A stretch of DNA of 61,092 bases, the filler included. It is 5 parts of 5 records of this genome, joined end to end, with 100 filler letters (N's around TTAATTAATTAA, not from the genome) between each part and the next. Parts side by side here need not be neighbours in the genome. Positions count along the whole stretch, not along the records: positions 43,038 to 53,606 come from SRR2962707_1699; positions 53,707 to 61,092 come from SRR2962707_1702; 3 more parts are not named here. One strand, 5' to 3'. Shown here one piece after another: positions 52,973-61,092 of this stretch (position 1 is the stretch's first letter; every line of letters starts with the position of its first letter). The notes below the pieces were generated by a model that saw only the letters and a program-made list of their open reading frames with translations, did not search any database and was not told the origin of the DNA. The position numbers were made by a program, and so were the translations under genes.

Positions 52973-53114
52973 GATGCGCCGATCTTCAGGCCATGAAGGG
53001 CTGCGAAGGGCGATTTGCTGCGCTTCCGGTACTCACGTACTGCAAGTACGCTCCGTTCCGGTTCTTGCAAACCACCCTTCTCGCTCCATCCTGACCTGAA
53101 CCTCGGCACATCCT
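52971..53114. mobile_element. About 144-bp palindromic interspersed element (RPE-1-like / MITE-like)
   Basis: Imperfect ~47-bp terminal inverted repeats (AGGATGCGCCGATCTTCAGG.. / ..CCTGAACCTCGGCACATCCT) around a central CGTACTGCAAGTACG hairpin. Confidence 0.7.
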
Positions 53115-53139
53115 GGGAGCAAGAGAACTGGAGATGGCA

Positions 53140-53606
53140 ATGGGCATTTTTGACGAAGGCGTATTTCTGGGCCGCGTGCGGCTGGATGGCGGAGGGTATC
53201 CGCGCGTTGTGACGGTGCGGGAGGGCAAGGTTGTCGACATCACGGCCAGGGCTGCGCCGACGGTGCGGGACATCTGCGAGATGGACGATCCGGCTGGTTA
53301 TGTGAAGGCGGCGCCGGGTGCGGCGGTTGCAGATATTGATGCACTGATCGCGGGCAGAGCGGACGGGGTGACGCTGCTTTCGCCGGTCGATCTGCAGGCG
53401 GTGAAAGCATCGGGGGTGACGTTTGTGGTCAGCCTGCTCGAACGGGTGATCGAGGAACAGGCCAAGGGCGATGCAGGGCGGGCCGATGCGCTTCGGGGGG
53501 AAATTCTCGCGCTGATCGGGGAGGATCTGTCGCAATTGGTGCCGGGTTCGGACGCGGCAATGGCGGTCAAGGCCAAGCTGATCGAAAAGGGCGTGTGGAG
53601 CCAGTA
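53140..53606 (+). CDS. Fumarylacetoacetate hydrolase family protein, 3'-truncated
   Basis: LLSPVDLQAVKASGVTF..SLLERVIEE, G.WSQ. Confidence 0.85.
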
Positions 53607-53706
53607 NNNNNNNNNNNNNNNNNNNNNNNNNNNNNNNNNNNNNNNNNNNNTTAATTAATTAANNNNNNNNNNNNNNNNNNNNNNNNNNNNNNNNNNNNNN
53701 NNNNNN
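53607..53706. other. Artificial contig spacer
   Basis: 44 N + TTAATTAATTAA + 44 N. Confidence 0.98.
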
Positions 53707-53732
53707 TTGTTGTTGTTGTTGTTGTTGTTGTT
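53707..53732. repeat. (TTG)n microsatellite at the contig edge
   Basis: Tandem ttg. Confidence 0.85.
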
Positions 53733-53885
53733 CGGTAGCGTTTCTGACGGCAGCTCCACAGCGTTGTCGGTAGCAGCAATTGCAGCAGCAATAGCAGCAG
53801 AAATTGCAGCGACAACGGCAACAGCGGCTGCCCGGCCCCAAAAAGTCAGCAGCAATTCTGACGGGTTCTAGACTCTTCACTCAGT

Positions 53886-56800
53886 ATGAGGAGGGCGTGG
53901 GGACCCCAGATAATAATAGGGCGCGCAACTGCGCTGTTAGGGGTGCTGCTTGTTGCAGTTTGGGCCCCCGCAGCACGGGCGAGCCTGAAGCACCCGGTGC
54001 ACGGCCGCAACCAGTACTCACGCCCAGTGGATGTGAAGGACAGTATGTACCACCAACTGGACAACACGGACTTCTTCAAAGACAACGTTGAGCCAGTTAC
54101 CTACCGCAAGAGCCTTGCGCAAAAGAAGAAGGAGCAGGAGCAGCAGCAGCAGCAGTCGGGGCAGAAAGTCAACAGTGGAGCCAAGGATACCCTCGGGGAT
54201 ATTTTTGGCACATGGGACAACGTCAATGATGCACAAAGTGCAGGTTCTCCCCAAATGAACGACAGTGCCGTTGGCCGCAATCTGATGCTCAACGATTGGC
54301 TGACGTGGGAGGAGGCAGCCGACGATGGAGAGCTGGGCCCTCTTCGAATCACCTATGTGACAGAGTTCTGGGATCAAGGTGAGCAACAGCTGGAGGCGAC
54401 GGAGCACTGCGCTCGGGAAGGCCAGTTTGTGCGGCCGAGCGAAATGACAGCCACGACAGTCGGCGGGTCTGGCTCAATCGTGTGCACAGAAGATGATATT
54501 GTCACCAACGTAACCGTCGGAATTGTCAATCTACGTCTGGATTGGGTGAAAGAGTACGTAGCAGCTCAAAAGCCTTTCGGTGCAGCAGAACGTGTGCTTG
54601 TCCACCTAGCGCGCGCGCGGTGTCAAACCTTGTTGTTACCAAGGCGAAATGAACTACTTTTTATTGCGTTCCGTCCAGGTACGTGGCAGAGACCTTCACC
54701 GTCAAACAAGTGCAACCTGGTGAAGGCGTGACGATCAATAGCAATGCACAAGAAAACTACCCGTTCTCACAGACGACTTTTACGGACACCGACTTGGTGA
54801 TTGTGGTCACGTTGCACCCAATTTCTGCCGGAGGCATTGCCGGCTATGCTTTTTGTGCCCAGTACGACCAATTTGGTCGGTGCACAGTCGGTTACTTCAA
54901 TTGGGTCCCCGACGGCCTTTCAGTGGCATCCACCTTTTACTATCCCAACGTTGCAATGGCGGAGCGCTCTACCGCTTTGCACGAGGTCCTTCACGTGGTT
55001 GGTTGCTGCAAAGACACCAACCTGTTCCGCCACCCCGACGATGGGTCGCCGTTTGCAGATGAGGAAAAATGGATTGTTGAATCAGAGTCGACTTTCATTG
55101 ACAAACAAATTACGAAGTGGATCACGCCAGGCGTTTTGGCGGCTGCGCGTGAGCAGTTTAATTGCACGTCCATCACGGTACGGCAAATCTTGCCTTGTAG
55201 TTGTCCTAAATTGTGTGCTGCAGTGCTTGTCATTACGTGATGGTTATTCCGAACCTCTGTATGAGAATCTCACACCACTTCAAATTTCCAACATGTGTCC
55301 ATGGGTTACAATTAACGGTGCAGGGTGTCCCGCTTGAAGACGTCCCGCTTGGTCAAAACGCGCATTGGGAAGCCCGGCTGTTGGGCCCTGATGTGATGAG
55401 CTATGGGATTGGCTCAGGCGAAAGCTACGTTTCATCCCTCACACTGAAGTTTTTCAACGACACAAATCAGTGCGTTTCGTAGGAGTTGCCGAATCATGGG
55501 TTTTTCGAGTTCGTGGCATTTTTTCATTCTGCTTTGTTCTGCTGCCGTAGGTATATTGTGAACATGACTGCTGGGGCTCAGCGCATCTACCCCGCCTCTG
55601 GTGATGACCATGACCTCGCCTTGAGTGCTTTTGCAGATATTTTTGCGTCGACCGAGTCTGGAGATGCTGTTATGCTGCAAGAAAGAACCTGGTCGCCTGG
55701 GTATCTTCGCTGGGGACGCAATGCCGGCTGCCCATTCGTTCAGGTAGGTGTTTGTAACTGAATGTCGTGTGTGTGACCCTTCCATCGACTGCTGTTTTGG
55801 TGCACTCGCCGCGCGCGAAGAATATCTGGATGGACGATGATGCTTAACCCCGTGGTGGTGTGTTTTTCGCTGTGTGCAATACGTCTGCTGTCCGATACAG
55901 CAACCTCCAGGTCCAGAAAACTGGGGAGATCGATATTTTTGTACTTCCAACAACAAACGGCAATGTACTGGGGACAGGCGGATGTCAGCTGCTTGCTATT
56001 TATTGGAGTACAGCTCCGCTGCCAATGACGCTGGCGATGTCTATTATACGCGCAGCGATACATCACCTTCAGACACTTCTGAAGTGGCGAATGTGAATGC
56101 TCCATATCTTCCAAATGAGTGCGTGCATGTCGGATGCCTTCAGCCTCCTGCGTTAGCTTCAGATGACACGGGCACGCATTTTGCTTCTGATAATGAAAAT
56201 GGTTGTGGTGTTTTTTAATGTTGCTGCTCCTCTCCCAGGTACCAGTATCTAGTTGAGTTCGATCTGGCGAATTGGGGGGGATATAGCAGCTCAATGGACT
56301 TTGCACCCGTGGCGTATGGAATCTGGAATTGCCAGGCAAGCTGAGTTGGTTTCGAGTTGCCAACCACGAACCAGCTCCACTTTATCATTTCCCCTCATTG
56401 TGCAGTTTTTCTTTTTCTCGCAGGACCAAGAACCATCATTGGATGACGTGATCGCGATGGAAGGCGTTGAATTTGTCGATGCTGGTGATCTGTTCAGCAG
56501 TACAGCGAGTGATGTTGCACAATTTGGAGGCCAAGTATTCTCGGCTCATTCTCGTTGCTTCGATTCATCGCTGTTGCAGTACGTGTTTCTGGCATCCACA
56601 AATTTTATTGCCCGTATTGATGTTCGAGCATGACATGCGGTTCGTCGTTTGTACTCTCCAACCTGTTCGTTGTTGCGCGTGGGCTTCCAGGTACACAGAA
56701 GTGCAGTACCTTACCGCCGACTTCCAGTCTTTTGGATTGTGCTACTTGAGCAACTGCTACACAGACAATTACCTCCAAATTGGCCTCAAGACTTCATTAG

Positions 56801-58981
56801 GTGGCATCAAGTGGTTTCGCTGCCAAGAGGCTGGCGACGTTTACGTTTCCGGGTTTATCGGAACGTTTACCTGTCCAGATCCTGCTGACTTCTGCGCGTG
56901 AGTGTCTCTTTCTGTGTTTTGAACTTGACGTCGTTGGACTCTTGCGGTCGGCAACGTTGGCTGAACATCTACTGCTTGCTGCACTCTAGGTATGAAGATG
57001 TTTCCGGAGTCAAGTACACGGAAAATAACGAAACACTTGAGTGGATTTTTTGGGGAGTACTTCTAGGTCTCATCCTGATTCTCTTCATTGTTTTCTGTTG
57101 CTGCCGCAAGGTGCGGCAGTGCGTCGCACTAAAACTGAAGCAAATGATGAACTTCGACCTTACGCACAAGTACCTTCCGAAGGAGCACAGGTCCCCAGGG
57201 TTTTGGGTTCTCACAATTATTTGTGTGATCTGGGATATCGTGGGTGCTGCGCTCATCGTCATCGGTGTCATTGCTATCATCGACACAACTGGCGAATTGT
57301 TATGGGAGACAGCATCACGCCAGGTCTACCACTTCATTGGGCTTGGAATCTTCATCGTTATCCTCTCAAGCTTGGGAACAATGTCGGCCAAGGCCGACCA
57401 TCCAACCCTCAAGGCTGCAATGTTCGTTCCTGCTAACTGCGCAACAGTTCTTGCATCCATGCCTTCTGATTGCTTGCATGAAAGCCAAATTTGCAAGCCT
57501 GTCTGCCTTGTATTTTGCAGCAGCACGCCGTGTTGGCGAGCTTCGGCTCATTCTTTGTCTTGAAGTGCGGGCTTTGTTGAATCTATGGTTGTGTTGTCGT
57601 GGCTTGGCCTTGCAGATACTTCTACAGTGTCTTGTTTTTGCTGATCGCCGCAGTATTTCTTGCCATCATCGTTTTTGCGGTGCCCGCGTGGCTGCAAGTC
57701 ATCGTGGAGTTGACATGGGATACACTCCACGCACAGTTCCCGGACAGTTGGCAGCTGTACACGGCACAACAGGCTTGGGATGAAATGATGGTTATTTTCA
57801 ATGAAAACTCTGCATACATTTACCTGGGAGTTGGCTGGTCTGCACTTTCGATGCTGAGTGGCCTTGTCATCACCTTCATCATGCTCGAGTTCAAGAATGT
57901 TATTGGGACAATGCTGTTCTGGATGAACGTGGTAATCCTGGTTGCTGGTATCATCTTCATTTGGGCATGTTCCGCATTAGCCGAGGTGCTACCGCAAGCT
58001 ACTTTGGTTGGCCTTTTGGTGCCAGGGTGCATAATTGTCATCGTGGGCATTGTTGGAGTCGCAACCTGTCGCAATACGGATGTCTTAGTAGCGTAAGTGC
58101 CACCGATACATGGTGGTGTTTTTTTAGTCGTGTTTCATTGAATATATGTCATGTATGTATGGACATGTTGCTGGAATGCGAGATGACCTTGCATTCGCCC
58201 CTTGCGCGCGCGCAATTTGGCACGTCTCAGGTATCTTATCGTAACGGGGCTCGGTTTTATTGCCATGCTGGCAGCGGGTATCTGGCTTTTGGGTTCGGTT
58301 GAGGAGAACTCTGCAATCGTTAATAATTTGACAGTGTCCCAGTTGGGCGACTTGGTTCAAAAACTTGAGTTTTTTGCTTCCGAATGGACGGAGGCAGAGA
58401 TTCGCGCCTGGTTGGACGCGAATCTGCAGGCTGCTGGCATTGCTGCAATCATCCTCAGCTTTGTTGTCCTTGGTACCATTGGTGCCGCAGTCATTGTTCT
58501 CCGCAGTTCGCAGGTATGTGCGCGCACAGTGGAAAACCAATTTGCCACTGAAAGTGTTCGCCGTCCGGCGAGCGGTTGTGCGCTGTGTTCCATTTGCTTG
58601 TTTGTTGTCTGTAGCTGCAGTTGCGGGATACATCTGACATGCGCGGTTTGGTCCTGTTGCCAGGTCATCAAGAAAAAACTCGAATTGGAGCAAGCATCGA
58701 AGCGCATGGACGTGAGCGGCGCCCGGGTAAGTCAAACATTGATGGCTGTGCTCCAAACGCGACGGCAAGCTGTGCGCCACAAAGAATAACGCTTGTATGA
58801 TGTCTATGTGCTGTGGTCACTGTCTGTCATCCAGGAGTGGGAACATAGTGCGTCGACAGGATTCTCATCTACAGAAGAATCTGGTCTTGAAATGGGTGAA
58901 ATCCGTTTTGCCGAGCCGGTTGAAGAGGTTCGGTATGCTGAGGACAACGAATACGTTAGTCGTAGCGGAGGGCGTGTGTGA
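53886..58981 (+). CDS. 13-exon gene: signal peptide + leishmanolysin (M8) metallopeptidase + TM + two tetraspanin-like 4-TM modules
   Basis: HEVLH (54980-54994), VPLED..AHWEAR...DVMS, WGRNAGCPF, SRCFDSSL, CPDPADFC. Twelve introns keep the frame: 54554-54678, 55178-55323, 55470-55550, 55744-55900, 56119-56238, 56336-56423 (GC-AG), 56579-56690, 56898-56989, 57422-57615, 58093-58230, 58514-58663, 58727-58834. Confidence 0.8.
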
Positions 58982-59075
58982 CTTGTTCCGAGAGCGATAT
59001 TTCTAAGCATTTCAAAGGTTTTTCGTAGCATCTCTCAGTGCAACAACACCCATTTTTGTTTTGCAATGAGCCAAG

Positions 59076-60949
59076 TTAAAAACTCAAAGCCTCCTCGCCC
59101 GCATCAGCTTCAATAGCGCCTGCGCCCATGGATACGTCGCCCTCACTCGCGTGATCAGCCCCCTCTTCCGCGCCGTAATTCATCATGAGTGTCTCCAAAA
59201 TAGCGTCACCATCCGCCAAATCAGATCCTGTCGGAGTTGTGGCACTCTCCTCGTCTATGTGAGGGGCAGGACTAACGTCCACCCCCATCCGCGCGAGCGC
59301 ACGCGGCGAAGCAGCTGCTTGTGTTTGGACTCCCTCCAAATTCTTATTTTTTGGTTTCGGAGGTGGTGACAAGTCTCTGCCACTTGTTTGAGAAGAGTGT
59401 GCGTTCGCAACACCATCTTTTGACGGAGTTGCTTCGCTCTCATGGGTGTGATCGATATTGTTCGAGTCCGGTGCGTCCTGGCCACCTGCTGATTCAACAT
59501 GCTGCTCCTGACTTTGTGTTTGCGGTTGTGGCAACTGCGTGGCTTCCTGGACGGGATTTTCCTGCGTAGAAGTCGTTGTCGAAGTGGTGTCTGGCGCCGC
59601 CCCCTGCGAAACGGGGGCTTTGGATTCGGCTTTTACCTGAGCGGCTTTCCGAACTGCGCTGAGCCCCTTCTTGCCTCGGGCCGCAGATGGTGCACCCCGC
59701 GGTTTTCCACTGCTGCCAATCCGTGCGCTTTTTGTTCCCGATAACCCAGGGCCAGATTTTTTGCGAGCACCATTACCATTCGTACCTGCAGATCGACGCT
59801 GCCGCGAAGTGGATGCAGAGTCTGGTGGCGGTGGTGTCGACGAAGATGACAATCCGATATTCTGGCGAAGCCTGCTGCCCCCTGTTGGCGTTGGCCGACG
59901 GCGTGTGCCATTGCTGGCAGCGTTTGAACCGGCTCCACGTTGCAAGAACCCCGTGGATCGCCGACGATCTGCCGCGGCTGCAGCAGTCGGAGACGACCCT
60001 GCAGTTCGCCCCAATGACCCTTTTGACTTGCTGGTAATACGGCCTGTGGACGACCGCCGACCTAGGCTCCCGCCGGGAACAAGTCCACGCTCGTTCTTGG
60101 CCTTGCGCTGCGCATCATTTTTGTTTTTCCACGTGTTCAGCAGCACCTAATGGCAAACAAGTCAACAAAAGGCAAGTCAACACCACACAGCTCTTGCAAC
60201 GAAATCACAGCCACGACGACTGCGCGTGTGTGTCGGAGTGGAGGTTGCCCCGGAATTCATCAAGCGCGCAAACGAACCTTATTTCGCTGCTGTGCTTCTC
60301 GTTTGAGTTTGTCCAGCGACGACGAAGATGCGGGAGCGGTTGGCGACAGCAGTGGGGCGTTTGTCAGTTGAATGACTTCGTGCACTTTGGAGGCTGCTGC
60401 AGCCGACGAGGTTCCACTGCGAGTGCTTGAACTGGGTGGCACCGCGGCACTGGTGCTGCCAGCTGCCACCGGAGCTTGCTGCTGCAGTTGCGACGCGTGG
60501 CCAGCTTGGCGCGTGGTGAGGGCACGGACATGTTTGCGCAGCTTCGTCAAACTTTCCTCCAGCGCCTGGAGGCGGGCCTGGGTGGCAGCCTCTGTGCTCG
60601 CCCCAGACGTTGCGCCCGCAGTCGCTGCCGCTGCCGCAGCGTCCGCCTCAGGTCCAGCAGTGAGCGAGCTAGACCGTGAGTCTTCACTAGCACCAACTGC
60701 ACTGACAGCACTGACAGCACTAGCAGCACTATCACTATCACTAGCACCAGCACGTGTTTGTGTCTGTGTTTGTGCTTGGGAAAGACGACGCACAAGTTCT
60801 CGCTGGGCGAGCAGCGGCAGGTTAGGGTCAGCCAGCCACAGCAGGCTTCCAACGTCTGCGACGCTGCTGAGGTAGGCGACGAGAGCCTTATGGTGCTCCG
60901 CAGGGGTGGACCACCCAGGGGCTGGTAGCGGTGGCAAGGTGAGCGGCAT
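59076..60949 (-). CDS. Two-exon low-complexity protein with a short coiled coil, function unknown
   Basis: ATG 60949 (MPLTLPP); GT-AG intron 60147-60277 in frame; stop at 59076, convergent with the M8 gene. Confidence 0.6.
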
Positions 60950-61092
60950 GACGACGAACAACAACGACAACAACAACCAATCCGCTTTCCTGCTTTTGGT
61001 TTTTCGGTTTGCGTTTGTTGTTTCCTCAAATAATAAGCAACAGCCACGCGCACACGCACACACGCACAAAGCACACAAAGCACACAAAGCAC

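Noticed and set aside
53655-53880. ORFs with poly-N/poly-Q running into X
   Set aside because: Artefacts of the TTG microsatellite and the N spacer

Overview
The window is not one locus. It is five unrelated contigs joined by artificial 100-bp spacers (44 N + TTAATTAATTAA + 44 N). (1) 1-9845 is intron-rich eukaryotic (protist-like) DNA with the 3' end of a BAP31-like gene and a convergent ~8.6-kb gene encoding EF-hand, two Tudor-like modules and ten copies of an unrecognised 'EPEGxEYLxRLR' helical repeat. (2) 9946-18379 is Rhodobacteraceae-like chromosome: imelysin / di-haem oxidoreductase / imelysin / DUF1513 cluster, gdhA, a DUF6151 protein and partial soxB. (3) 18480-42937 is the late region of a podovirus-type phage (BPP-1/T7-like head-tail module) headed by a NusG paralogue. 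(4) 43038-53606 is an alphaproteobacterial sugar-acid catabolic locus (IlvD/Edd and enolase-family dehydratases, TRAP transporter, LacI regulator, denD, SDR, FAH). (5) 53707-61092 is eukaryotic DNA with a 13-exon gene fusing a leishmanolysin (M8) protease to two tetraspanin-like modules. Most notable in the phage: a glycosyl/methyltransferase cassette directly behind the capsid gene, a permuted-papain peptidase beside twin 'RTSRLLGG'-ending peptides, a small gene mimicking the TerL C-terminus, and a UUC-bulge RNA motif repeated in two late leaders. Most notable in the eukaryote: the M8-tetraspanin fusion and phase-2 introns sitting almost always in front of Tyr codons. All family calls come from motif recognition by eye; no searches were run.
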